A stretch of 64,000 nucleotides of DNA from Clostridia bacterium (GCA_017520825.1 JAFXEX010000006.1:4011-68010), one strand, 5' to 3'; counted from the stretch's first letter, positions 29,813-39,179 are shown. Translations and numbers: made by a program. Notes: a model not told the origin generated them from the sequence alone.

Positions 29813-32218
29813 CTACATATTCTCAGCCAGATAGAGATTTACTCGGCTTTCGATTATCTTGCAGGTTTCCTCAAGAGATTTTTTGCCGTCGAAGTAGGGA
29901 GCGCACTCGCCCTTGATAACCTCAATCATAGGGTCGTTGTAACGAACCACGTGAGTTGCCGTTGTTGCAACTCTGCACGTGTCCTCTATTGCCTTGAGCA
30001 TTCTTTCTCTGTATTCAACGACCTTGGGGTCCTCCTCCACGAATGGCTCGTCGGGAAGAACAACCGGCTTTTCCACTACGATTTCGTTAGCCGTTGCAAC
30101 GCTTTCAACTGTAAGGGTGGGCTTCGCCATACCGATGAAAATCTCATCGTCCATTATCATATCGTCTTGAACCACGCCGTTCACGTTGTCTATCGCCTTC
30201 TGCTTCTTGCTTTCGAAGGCTGTTTTTATAACGGGGAACTGCCAGGTGTAGTCCTCCTGATATTCTGCGTCGAATACCATCTTCAAGAAGTCCCAAGCCT
30301 GCTTTTTGTAAACCGATTTCTCACCTATTGCAAACTGCTGTGAGAAGTACATAGCGTTTCCGTCGCCACTTGCAGTGGGGAAACCGATGTAGGTGACGGG
30401 CTCACCGAAGGTTTCAACGTTGTAATACTCACCGTTCACATTGGAGAGATACGCAATCATAAGGAGTACCTTGTTTTCCTTGTATCTCTTGTCGTATTCT
30501 TCCCAGTCAATATTTTCGTAATAGGTATCCCAATCTATTTCTGCAGGAAGAGTTTTAGCAAATTCAAGGAACTTGGCAAAATTGCCGTCTGTAAAGTTGG
30601 ATTTGCCCGTATCGTAGTTGATAAAGTCCTCCAAGATAATGGGCAGGAAGCTATCCATCAAGCCTTTTCTGTCAAATTCGGAGAAGGATTCAGCGTTGGG
30701 GTACTGCTTTATAAGAGCAAGGAGGTCGTCCCAGGTCCAGGAGGTTCTGTCACCTACCACCGAGGTCTTACCTGCAACGCTTCTCACCGAGAATGAGGTG
30801 GGAAGTCTGTAAAGCTTGCCCTTTATTTCGGAGGCGTCAATGACGTTGGGAAGGAAGTCATCTCTTGAAAGCTCTTCGTCGGCGTCAAGCAATGCGCCAA
30901 GGTCGGCAAGGAGTCCCTTTGAGGCGTACTTTTCAGCGTTAAGCTGGTCAAGACAGATTATATCGGGCACGTTGCCTGCCAGAAGGTCCATATCGAACTT
31001 ATTGGTATCAGCCTCCTCCCAGCCGTAAACCTTTACCTGTATGCGATAATCCAGAGATGAACGGTTGTAGTCGATTATCATATTTTTAAGCTGACCGTCA
31101 AGGGAATTTGTAGCAAGGGTGATAACGTACTTTTCTATTATCTCGCCCTCTCCTGCAGGAGTAAGGTGGAGAATTGAACGCTTTTCATAATCGTTATCCC
31201 ATTCAAAGGTATAGATCTCGCCGTCCTGGATGCAATAGTTGAATATTCGGTCACAGTTGATGTCCGAGTTTATCCAGTCAAGCATGGGCTTTTCCTCACC
31301 GGTTGCAATATCAACACGGCTGACCACGTAATAGTCGTTGGTGTATACGTTACCCGTTGAGTCCATAAACACGTTATCGTTTACCGAAAGCTCGCAAACC
31401 GTCTTGAACTCGTTCTTTGCGATATCGTAATCAAGGATTTGAGTAGTTGGCGATTCAACCGACCAATTGTAGCATACTGCACGGAGCTTGCCTTCACCAA
31501 GGGCAGATATACTGTTGAAATAGGTGTCGTCGTCAAAGGAGTTTGACGCAAGCACCTCACCCTCGGGTGAAACGGCAGTAATACGCTTGTTGGTCATAAT
31601 ATAAGTCGTTCCGTCCTTAGCCTGAACCAACGAATGAACGTAAAGGGTATCAAGCTCGGTGACGTCAATATCGGGAACCTTGGAAAGCGTCTCCTTGCAG
31701 TCGATAATTTTGGTGCACTCACCCTTTACGTTATAGTGGTGGAGCTCCGTATTGTTTTCGTTTATCCACTCACCCATAGTATCATCCACAGGTTTAGAAT
31801 AATAGCTGGAGATAATCATCCACAAGCCACCCTGCCCGTCGGACATTGCATCGCTGAAATAGGTGCTTCTGTTCTCATGGGTGTCGGAGTCGTAGAAATT
31901 TTCACCCTCAAAGGCAAAGAATTCCTCGAAATTCTCAAAGGTTTTATCGGTGCGATATACTATCTCCGTATATTTATACTGCTCTATTCCGTCCTCGTTG
32001 ATATAACGGTCCTGTTTAGAGCCTTTAAGATACACGTTGTCCCCCGAGACGTAGAGATTGTAAACGTCAATGCCCTCGGGAATAGCAAACTTCTCGGCAA
32101 GGTATACGTTTTCAAGGGCAACCTTTTCGGGCACCTTCTGTTTATTCTTACCACCCGAGCAGGAAGCAAGGGACAAAAGAGTTGCGATTATAAGAAAAAC
32201 TGATAATACTTTTTTCAT
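29813..32218 (-). CDS. extracellular solute-binding lipoprotein with an extra ~350-aa N-terminal domain
   Basis: Signal peptide with lipobox LLSLASC. The C-terminal ~430 aa are SBP-family-1-like (LLAGNVPDIICLDQLNAEKYASKGLLADL). The N-terminal part is unassigned. Confidence 0.75.
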   Translation of the reverse strand: MKKVLSVFLIIATLLSLASCSGGKNKQKVPEKVALENVYLAEKFAIPEGIDVYNLYVSGDNVYLKGSKQDRYINEDGIEQYKYTEIVYRTDKTFENFEEFFAFEGENFYDSDTHENRSTYFSDAMSDGQGGLWMIISSYYSKPVDDTMGEWINENNTELHHYNVKGECTKIIDCKETLSKVPDIDVTELDTLYVHSLVQAKDGTTYIMTNKRITAVSPEGEVLASNSFDDDTYFNSISALGEGKLRAVCYNWSVESPTTQILDYDIAKNEFKTVCELSVNDNVFMDSTGNVYTNDYYVVSRVDIATGEEKPMLDWINSDINCDRIFNYCIQDGEIYTFEWDNDYEKRSILHLTPAGEGEIIEKYVITLATNSLDGQLKNMIIDYNRSSLDYRIQVKVYGWEEADTNKFDMDLLAGNVPDIICLDQLNAEKYASKGLLADLGALLDADEELSRDDFLPNVIDASEIKGKLYRLPTSFSVRSVAGKTSVVGDRTSWTWDDLLALIKQYPNAESFSEFDRKGLMDSFLPIILEDFINYDTGKSNFTDGNFAKFLEFAKTLPAEIDWDTYYENIDWEEYDKRYKENKVLLMIAYLSNVNGEYYNVETFGEPVTYIGFPTASGDGNAMYFSQQFAIGEKSVYKKQAWDFLKMVFDAEYQEDYTWQFPVIKTAFESKKQKAIDNVNGVVQDDMIMDDEIFIGMAKPTLTVESVATANEIVVEKPVVLPDEPFVEEDPKVVEYRERMLKAIEDTCRVATTATHVVRYNDPMIEVIKGECAPYFDGKKSLEETCKIIESRVNLYLAENM

Positions 32219-33126
32219 CGTTTTTTCCTTTCTGCAATAAATACTGCAAGGCTTATTACAAAGCCCGTAAGGGTTACAAGGTTAACGGCTAAAAGCAGAG
32301 TGAGGATATCCTCCACTCCCCTTTCGGCATTCTCCCAATAGGGATATGAAACGGCTTCACTTCTGTAAGAGCGTGTGGGAAACTCCTTGAGCAGAGAAAA
32401 GATTTTCTTCAGCTCAAAACGGGCAGTTACGTCTACCACCTCTTTACCCTCGGTGACAGAGGTAAGTCCGTTCACAGCGTATGAGTCCACGGGGTTTTGC
32501 ATCATTATTTCATAGCTGTCAAAGGGTCTCTCTCCGAAAATCCCAACGGCTATCCGTTGTGGAATATATATGACGGGCAGGTCACCAAGCTGTTGTATTT
32601 TGGCTTCGCTCTCGTCATAGGCTACCACTCCCGAAACGTAAAGCGTTTTTATTCCGATATTCAGCTTCATGTCCTCGACGTCGTTGCTTCCGAAAAGCTC
32701 GAAGGCAAGCTTTTCGTCGATAACCACCCGGTCAAGGTGAAGGTCGGTTTCGTTATAGTACCAACCACTTTTGAAATCAAGGTCGTGGAAGAGGAAGAAA
32801 TCTCCCTCGGTTACAACGGCGTTACAATTTATTGCCGTTCTGTCGGGGCGTGAAACCGAAACCTGTGTAAAATAGGAGCCTGCGTCACACCACAGTCTGC
32901 CGTCGTCCTCTGCATCTGCTTCGCTGAGCCCTTCGGCAGTAAAGCGTATATTACTTATTTCGTTATTGTTAATTCCGTCCTTATCGAACACACGGATTAT
33001 TGCATAATCCTTGCCAAAGGCTGTGGGAAGCTGGGCTTTCGCCTTGACAACTGCGTAGGAAATCAGCGACGATAAAAACAAAATCAAGGATAGTATAAGG
33101 CACAGATATTTTTTCATATCAGTCAC
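32215..33126 (-). CDS. bitopic membrane protein with MacB-periplasmic-core-domain-like ectodomain
   Basis: N- and C-terminal TM helices. VVIDEKLAFELFGSNDVEDMKLNIGIKTLYVSGVV resembles MacB_PCD. There is no FtsX helical bundle. Confidence 0.5.
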   Translation of the reverse strand: MTDMKKYLCLILSLILFLSSLISYAVVKAKAQLPTAFGKDYAIIRVFDKDGINNNEISNIRFTAEGLSEADAEDDGRLWCDAGSYFTQVSVSRPDRTAINCNAVVTEGDFFLFHDLDFKSGWYYNETDLHLDRVVIDEKLAFELFGSNDVEDMKLNIGIKTLYVSGVVAYDESEAKIQQLGDLPVIYIPQRIAVGIFGERPFDSYEIMMQNPVDSYAVNGLTSVTEGKEVVDVTARFELKKIFSLLKEFPTRSYRSEAVSYPYWENAERGVEDILTLLLAVNLVTLTGFVISLAVFIAERKKR

Positions 33127-35212
33127 TCAGCCTTACGTATCCACCCTCTTCAAAGGGCTTTGTGGAGGAAACTATTACGTACTCGTACAAATAGGATTCA
33201 TCGGTGACTATTGCCACGTTTTTGTCGTCCTCTGCCGCAACGGTTACGTCAAGCCTTGTGGCAACGTAACGGTTTCCGAGAGGTGTGGACTTGGTTTTCG
33301 TTATGTATACGAACTTGCCCTTGGAGTCCTCACGGAGAGCGCTCTTGGGAATAACCGAGGAATAGCCCGTGGTACGCTCGCCTACAAGGAGGGTGAGTGT
33401 CTGTCCCACGTTGACGTTTCCGTCAAGCTCGAAGTTGAGAGTTCTGGTCTTTCCACCTGCGTCGGGAACGATGCTTTTAAGCACTGCGCCCACGTTCTGT
33501 CCCCAATAGGTGTCCGAAACGGTGGCAGTGTCCCCTACCTTAACCTTTAACGCCTCGGTATTGCTTACCGAGAAGGACAGCGAGTATCCACTTTCCTGCA
33601 CCTCGATAACCACTGCAGCAGCGCCGTCTGACGCAATTTCTCCTGCTCTGAAGTTTACCTCGGTAACGGTACCCGAATGGGTTGCGCAAAGGTCGTAGCT
33701 CTCCTTGGCGTCTCCCTGAAGCTTTGCAAGCTTATCCTTCTTTTCCTTTATGGTCTTGAGCTGCTTATTCAGGTCGTAATCCTCAAGCTGATCTGCCTTG
33801 GCGTCGCTTTCCTTTCTCTTTTCAAGTGAAAGCTTCATTGATTCCAGACTGCGCTGGGATGACTTTATCTGATCGTCAAGTGATTCTATTTTTGAAAGCT
33901 CCTGCAATTTAGCGTCTGCCTCTGCCTTTTGCTCGGTCAGGTCTTCGAGAGCCTTCTTCTCGGTCTTAAGCTCCTCGGCAATAGTCTTGTTTAACTTATT
34001 TACAGTTGCCTGAAGTGTCTTTTTCTTTCCCTCAAGCACTCTGTTTTCATCGTCAACGGTTGCCTTTTTAAGCTCTACTGCTTCCTTGCGCTCGTTATAT
34101 TTTCTGTTGGAGCTGTTTGCCGACGAAAGTCTGCTGCTTACAGAGGATATCTGTGATTTTACGCCCGATATCTCGCTCTTTTTAGCTTCAATAGTTCTTT
34201 TTGCTTCCTTTATGTCCTCTTCCTTGTCGTCCCAAAGCGTCTTTGTGGCGTCGTACTCCGTCTGAGCGTTGTCCTTTGCAGTCTGTGCCAGATTAAGAGC
34301 GTCGAGAAGTCCGTCTCCGTCGGGGTTTGCTTCGTAGTCCTCAAGGGCTTTATCGTAGGTCGCCGTTGCCTGCTCGAGCGCCGTTTTCTTAGCCGACAAA
34401 TCGGCATCAAGGCTCAACAGGTCTGCGTAATCCTCCTCCAGATATTCAAGCTCCTTTTCAAGAGAGTCAAGCTGGTTATTGAGGGCAGTACGCTGGGATT
34501 TCAGAGAATCGGTGTCGGTATAGCTTACGTCCTCCAACAGCTTCTGCGCCAACTCGTATTCAAGCTGAGCTGCTTCACAAATAGCCGTCTGCTCTGCCAC
34601 TGCCTCACGGGCAGCAACGATTTCGGGGTCGTCTGAATTTTCGCTGATTTCTGCCAGCCTTTCTTCAAGAGCCTCTACCCTTTCCTCAGCCTTCTCAAGC
34701 TCCTGCTTCGCCTTTTCTGCATCTGCCTTCACCTGAGCCACGTACTCGTCGGTAAAGAGGGCGCGCTCCTCCATTATTTCAGCCAGATCCTCCTCGGCGT
34801 TTCTGATTGCAATTTCATCCGAGGTGTAGTCGTTTTCCGTTCTGCCGAGAATTGCTCTGTCGTAGGTCTCCTGAAGGGTTGCAATTTCTGCCTTCAACGC
34901 CTCGATACTGTCAGAGTCGGACACCGACAGACTCATAAGCACCTGCCCTGCCTCTACCTGACTGCCTCGGTTGACGTAAACCATCTCTACGGTACGGTTA
35001 CCCTTTATGCTTTCGGTATAGGTCATATTTGAAACGACCGTACCACTTCCTCTTACACCCGTCTTGATTTCTCCGTACTCGGTGTACTTGCCGTTTACCT
35101 GAGGGAGAGACCAATTGAGAATGGTGTTGGAGAAAAAGGTCAGCACCAGCATTATGGCAAGAAATACTATGGCTATATTTTTTATTACGTCTTTTCTCGT
35201 TCTTGTTTTCAT
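33119..35212 (-). CDS. HlyD/membrane-fusion-protein-like adaptor with very long coiled coil
   Basis: N-terminal TM helix and split lipoyl-like halves (VYVNRGSQVEAGQVLMSL ... GTVTEVNFRAGE). These are separated by roughly 350 aa of heptad-rich sequence. Confidence 0.75.
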   Translation of the reverse strand: MKTRTRKDVIKNIAIVFLAIMLVLTFFSNTILNWSLPQVNGKYTEYGEIKTGVRGSGTVVSNMTYTESIKGNRTVEMVYVNRGSQVEAGQVLMSLSVSDSDSIEALKAEIATLQETYDRAILGRTENDYTSDEIAIRNAEEDLAEIMEERALFTDEYVAQVKADAEKAKQELEKAEERVEALEERLAEISENSDDPEIVAAREAVAEQTAICEAAQLEYELAQKLLEDVSYTDTDSLKSQRTALNNQLDSLEKELEYLEEDYADLLSLDADLSAKKTALEQATATYDKALEDYEANPDGDGLLDALNLAQTAKDNAQTEYDATKTLWDDKEEDIKEAKRTIEAKKSEISGVKSQISSVSSRLSSANSSNRKYNERKEAVELKKATVDDENRVLEGKKKTLQATVNKLNKTIAEELKTEKKALEDLTEQKAEADAKLQELSKIESLDDQIKSSQRSLESMKLSLEKRKESDAKADQLEDYDLNKQLKTIKEKKDKLAKLQGDAKESYDLCATHSGTVTEVNFRAGEIASDGAAAVVIEVQESGYSLSFSVSNTEALKVKVGDTATVSDTYWGQNVGAVLKSIVPDAGGKTRTLNFELDGNVNVGQTLTLLVGERTTGYSSVIPKSALREDSKGKFVYITKTKSTPLGNRYVATRLDVTVAAEDDKNVAIVTDESYLYEYVIVSSTKPFEEGGYVRLSD

Positions 35213-35216
35213 GGCT

Positions 35217-36116
35217 TTATCCTTTCACACTGCCTTGATATGCTATGCCCTCAATGAGACTCTCCTCACCGTGCAGGAACAACAAAATCGGCGGTATCAT
35301 ATATATACTTGCAACTGCAAAGGCAACTCCCACCTCGCCCGAGTTTATCTGGGACAGGAAAACCGAAAGGGGTTGCTTTTCGGCATCGCTTAAAAGCACC
35401 AGCACCTGCTCCACCATATTCCAGTTATCAATAAAGGTGAGTATAATAACCGAATACAGAGCGTTCTTGCACATCGGCAAGCAGATTTTTCTGAATATTT
35501 TAAACTCACTTGCGCCGTCAAGCCTTGCTGCCTCTATTGCGCCGTAGGGTACTCTCCTCATACTCTTGGTGAGTATGAACACCGAAAGGGGTGTGAACAG
35601 TCCCGGCAGTATTACTGCCCAACGGGTGTCAAGAATTCCCAGCGTATCCGAAACGATAAAGTTTGGTACAAGGGTGACCTGATAGGGCATCAGCATCAGA
35701 ATTATGTAGGAAAAGAATACTACGCTCTTCACCTTTCCACGACATCTGTAAAAGCCGTAAGAGGCAAGAGCAGCTATGGCAATCTGACCTGCTACTATGG
35801 GCAGGGTGAGTATCATGGAGTTCCAGAATTTCAAAAGGTATTCGGGGCTCTGGAAAAGCACCGTAAAATACTGTCTGAAGGAAACTATATCGGGAATAAC
35901 CTTAAGATTTACCGACTTCGACATATAGGACGACCCACCTGCCACGTTACCGAGCACCGAGCCGTAATTTGAGGTAAGCTCGGTTTCCGACATAAAGGAA
36001 TTGGTAAAGGTCAGGAGAGTGGGCATAATGAACAGACAGGCAAAAAGCAGAGCCCAGATGAAAAACAGACTTAGTCTTATACGGCGCAGTGCTTTAGCAC
36101 GGGATATTCGTCTCAT
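35217..36116 (-). CDS. carbohydrate ABC transporter permease (MalG-like)
   Basis: 299 aa with EAA loop AARLDGASEFKIFRKICLP. Confidence 0.88.
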   Translation of the reverse strand: MRRISRAKALRRIRLSLFFIWALLFACLFIMPTLLTFTNSFMSETELTSNYGSVLGNVAGGSSYMSKSVNLKVIPDIVSFRQYFTVLFQSPEYLLKFWNSMILTLPIVAGQIAIAALASYGFYRCRGKVKSVVFFSYIILMLMPYQVTLVPNFIVSDTLGILDTRWAVILPGLFTPLSVFILTKSMRRVPYGAIEAARLDGASEFKIFRKICLPMCKNALYSVIILTFIDNWNMVEQVLVLLSDAEKQPLSVFLSQINSGEVGVAFAVASIYMIPPILLFLHGEESLIEGIAYQGSVKG

Positions 36117-36991
36117 TCCTCCACGTCCTTTCCGAATCGGTCTTCAAGGAAGAAGATGATGCCGATTATTATTACGATTACCAGCGACATTACTATTGCC
36201 GCGGCAGAAAGCTTGGGGTAATCCAGATTTTCAAAGGTATTGTTCATAAAATGCTGTAGGAAATACAAGGTTTCGTAGGGCCACTGACCTGTGAGCAGGT
36301 AGACCTCACGGAAAATCTTGAAGGAGTTAATCAAGGAAAGAAGTAATACGAAGAAGAGTGACGGCGAGAGGTATCTGAGCTTGATTTTGAAAAAGCGCTT
36401 AAGCTCTCCTGCGCCGTCTACCTCGGCGGCTTCAAGCTGGTCCTTTGGAATGTTGGACAGCGCCGACATAAACAGTATCATATTGTAGCCAAGGTTTTTC
36501 CACAAAAACAGAAGTCCTATTACAAGCTGACTGTAATCCGATTTCATCCAATCCACAGGCTCAAGACCAAAAAGTGAGACGAAGGAGTTGAAGGAGCCGT
36601 TAAAGCTGAACATTACCTGCCATATGAGAATAATGGAGGCAGTGGGAACCATCATGGGACTTAAAAAGCAGGTACGGAATTTACTCTTGCCCGGAATTTT
36701 CGAGTCGAGAATTATGGCAAGGAGCAGGGAAAGCACCACTGCAAGAAGAACGGTGGTCAGCGAAAAGGTCAGGGTATTTTTTGAGGCTATCAGAAAAGCA
36801 GAGTTTTTAAACAGTGCCCTGAAGTTGTCAAGACCCACGAAATTTTTGTTCGCCACGTTGTCAATAAGGGCGTAATAAATTATCAGCCCGAAGGGTATAA
36901 CGTAGAAAACCAGAACGCCTGCAAGGCTTGGTAATATGTAAAGCCACGAGACGGCTCTTTCCTTAATGCTTTTGTAACTGTGCTTCTTCAC
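36113..36991 (-). CDS. sugar ABC transporter permease (MalF-like)
   Basis: 292 aa with EAA loop EAAEVDGAGELKRFFKIKL. GTG start after GGAAAGGAGG. Confidence 0.88.
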   Translation of the reverse strand: MKKHSYKSIKERAVSWLYILPSLAGVLVFYVIPFGLIIYYALIDNVANKNFVGLDNFRALFKNSAFLIASKNTLTFSLTTVLLAVVLSLLLAIILDSKIPGKSKFRTCFLSPMMVPTASIILIWQVMFSFNGSFNSFVSLFGLEPVDWMKSDYSQLVIGLLFLWKNLGYNMILFMSALSNIPKDQLEAAEVDGAGELKRFFKIKLRYLSPSLFFVLLLSLINSFKIFREVYLLTGQWPYETLYFLQHFMNNTFENLDYPKLSAAAIVMSLVIVIIIGIIFFLEDRFGKDVEE

Positions 36992-37069
36992 CGTTACGCC
37001 TCCTTTCCCTTTTGTGTTTAGACTGAAAAGCTCTTGATTTGTTCCATAAAAATTTAAATTTATTTAATT

Positions 37070-37098
37070 AAATTATATACCCATATCTATGTAATTGC
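37070..37098 (-). promoter_or_regulatory. sigma-A-type promoter proximal to the ABC operon
   Basis: The minus strand reads TTGCAA-17 nt-TATAAT, about 80 nt upstream of the GTG start. Confidence 0.55.
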
Positions 37099-37148
37099 AA
37101 TAGCTTTTATAAAATATAAAAAATCTCTTTCGGCATAATGCTACGCAA

Positions 37149-37371
37149 TAAAAAAGTGTGTGCAACCGAAGCTCCACACACCGAAAAACGCAAACTCCGA
37201 TTGTTGTCACACAAACTAATCGGATAGAGATAATATCTACACACACAATTAGAGGAATTTGCATTTTTGCCAAATTCAAAATGCGTGTGCAGAAAAAGGT
37301 ATAGCTCTCCCTATACAACCTACAAAAAAAGAGAATTATCCCTATACCCCCGATTATTCAGTTTGTGTGAC
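37149..37371 (-). ncRNA. candidate structured RNA: small RNA or attenuating leader upstream of the ABC operon
   Basis: Bounded by the promoter at 37378-37406 and an intrinsic terminator at 37149-37182 (GGTGTGTGGAGC-TTCG-GTTGCACACAC plus a U-run). The 5' end GUCACACAAACU pairs with AGUUUGUGUGAC about 130 nt downstream, with several internal hairpins. Confidence 0.35.
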
Positions 37372-37377
37372 AGTATC

Positions 37378-37406
37378 ATAATATCATAGTTTGCAAATAT
37401 TTTCAA
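37378..37406 (-). promoter_or_regulatory. sigma-A-type promoter of the candidate RNA
   Basis: The minus strand reads TTGAAA-17 nt-TATTAT. Confidence 0.5.
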
Positions 37407-37464
37407 TACTTTTATTAAATTAATTTCACCGAATTTGTCAATTATAATTTCCTGCAAATAATCC

Positions 37465-37493
37465 TTGCTTTTTTTGCGATTGAGGGGTATAAT
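37465..37493 (+). promoter_or_regulatory. promoter of mrp
   Basis: TTGCTT-17 nt-TATAAT, 38 nt upstream of the ATG. Confidence 0.55.
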
Positions 37494-37530
37494 ATACAGG
37501 TAAAAAAAGAAAAGAGAAAGGAAAATAGCA

Positions 37531-38346
37531 ATGAGTGAATGTACACACGACTGTTCCACCTGCGCTTCAAAGGGCAACTGCTCCTCTGAAATTCAAAAGG
37601 AACAGCTTAACAAGCACAGTAGCGTAAAAAAGGTTTACGGCATCGTCAGTGGTAAGGGTGGCGTAGGAAAATCTCTTGTCACCTCTCTTATGGCAACTGC
37701 AATGATGAGACGTGAAAACAGAACGGCAATCATCGACGCCGATATAACGGGACCCTCCATCCCCAAAATGTTCGGAGTAAAAGAGGGTATCCAATCCTGT
37801 GGTGAGGGGCTCGTGCCTGCAACCAGCAAGATGGGAATACAGATGGCGTCCGTAAATCTTATGCTTGACAACGAAACCGACCCGGTAGTATGGAGAGGAC
37901 CGGTAATTGCAGGTATGGTAAAGCAATTCTGGACCGACTTCATCTGGAGTGACGTGGACTATATGTTCATCGATATGCCTCCAGGAACCGGCGACGTTCC
38001 CCTTACGGTCTTCCAGAGCATACCTCTTGACGGAATTATTATCGTTACCTCCCCTCAGGAGCTTGTTTCAATGATAGTTTCAAAGGCAGTAAAAATGGCA
38101 CAGCTTATGAACGTGCCCATCGTGGCAATCGTTGAAAATATGAGCTATATCAAGTGTCCCGACTGCGACAAGAAGATTTACGTATTCGGCGAAAGCCGTA
38201 TCGATGAAATCGCAAAGGCAAACGGCATCGAAACCGTTGCGCGCATTCCCATGGACCCCTCTATCGCAAGACTTGCAGACAGTGGCGCAATAGAGCTGTT
38301 TGAGGGCGAGTGGCTTGATAATATTGCCGATATAATCGAGAAGTAA
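37531..38346 (+). CDS. mrp: Mrp/NBP35-family Fe-S cluster carrier ATPase
   Basis: SGKGGVGKS deviant Walker A, an N-terminal Cys-rich stretch (CTHDCSTCASKGNC) and a CPxC-like CPDC motif. Confidence 0.9.
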   Translation: MSECTHDCSTCASKGNCSSEIQKEQLNKHSSVKKVYGIVSGKGGVGKSLVTSLMATAMMRRENRTAIIDADITGPSIPKMFGVKEGIQSCGEGLVPATSKMGIQMASVNLMLDNETDPVVWRGPVIAGMVKQFWTDFIWSDVDYMFIDMPPGTGDVPLTVFQSIPLDGIIIVTSPQELVSMIVSKAVKMAQLMNVPIVAIVENMSYIKCPDCDKKIYVFGESRIDEIAKANGIETVARIPMDPSIARLADSGAIELFEGEWLDNIADIIEK

Positions 38347-38392
38347 CAGGGATGTTAAAATCGTCCGGAACGCAAAAAGAAAACAATAAACA

Positions 38393-38423
38393 AAAAAAGT
38401 CGCTGAACACAGCGACTTTTTTC
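38393..38423. terminator. bidirectional intrinsic terminator
   Basis: AAAAAAAGTCGCTG-AACA-CAGCGACTTTTTT lies between convergent mrp and ppiB. Confidence 0.85.
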
Positions 38424-38430
38424 GTCTTAT

Positions 38431-38916
38431 TTAGTCAATTACGATTGATTCAATTGTCTGGTCAATCAGGGGACGGTTACGTCTGTCCGTTTGAACAGAT
38501 GCGATTTTGTCTACGTTTTCTATGCCCTCCGTCACCTTACCGAAGGCGGCGTACTGACCGTCAAGATAGGATGCGTCGGCGTGCATAATGAAGAATTGGC
38601 TTCCTGCTGAATTGGGGTCCATGGCACGCGCCATTGAGATTACTCCCCTTTCGTGCTTCAAGGGATTGGCTACGCCGTTTGAGGAAAATTCTCCCTTGAT
38701 AGTATGTCCGGGACCTCCCGTTCCGTTTCCGTTGGGACAACCACCCTGAATCATAAAGCCTGCAATTACACGGTGGAAGATAAGTCCGTCGTAGAAGCCC
38801 TCGTTTACAAGGCTTACGAAGTTTTCAACGGTTATAGGCGCAACGTCGGGATAAAGCTCAAGCTTTATTTGTCCACCGTCTGCCATAGTTATAGTTGCTT
38901 TTACTGTGTTTTCCAT
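38431..38916 (-). CDS. ppiB: cyclophilin-type peptidyl-prolyl isomerase
   Basis: FHRVIAGFMIQGGCP and SAGSQFFI motifs. Confidence 0.95.
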   Translation of the reverse strand: MENTVKATITMADGGQIKLELYPDVAPITVENFVSLVNEGFYDGLIFHRVIAGFMIQGGCPNGNGTGGPGHTIKGEFSSNGVANPLKHERGVISMARAMDPNSAGSQFFIMHADASYLDGQYAAFGKVTEGIENVDKIASVQTDRRNRPLIDQTIESIVID

Positions 38917-38934
38917 TATATACCGTTCCTTTTC

Positions 38935-39171
38935 TTATCTGTCAGCTCTTGCTTCAAGGTATTCCACAAGGTCGCCCACGCTGAGAAGCGAATGAATGTC
39001 CTGCTCTTCAATTTCAACACCGAATTTATCCTCGCAAAGAACTACGAGGTCTGCAAGCTCAAGTGAGTTAAGCTTAAGGTCGTTAATAAATTCTGCGTCA
39101 AGAGTGATAAGCTCTGTGGGAACGTCAAGCTCTTCCTCAAGGGCTGTTTTGATTTCTTCAAACATAGTCAA
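38935..39171 (-). CDS. acyl carrier protein-like
   Basis: 78 aa and acidic. DLKLNSLELADLV matches the phosphopantetheine-attachment region (D-S-L type). Confidence 0.7.
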   Translation of the reverse strand: MTMFEEIKTALEEELDVPTELITLDAEFINDLKLNSLELADLVVLCEDKFGVEIEEQDIHSLLSVGDLVEYLEARADR

Positions 39172-39179
39172 TCTCCTTT

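Noticed and set aside
37073-37577. 81-aa and 85-aa minus-strand ORFs in the intergenic region upstream of the ABC operon
   Set aside because: They have no RBS and implausible Cys/Phe-rich sequences. They overlap the promoters, the terminator hairpin and the mrp start. The region is better explained as regulatory or ncRNA.
38352-38588. 78-aa plus-strand ORF after mrp
   Set aside because: It spans the bidirectional terminator and overlaps the ppiB 3' end in antisense. Its sequence is Arg/Lys-rich and low in complexity.
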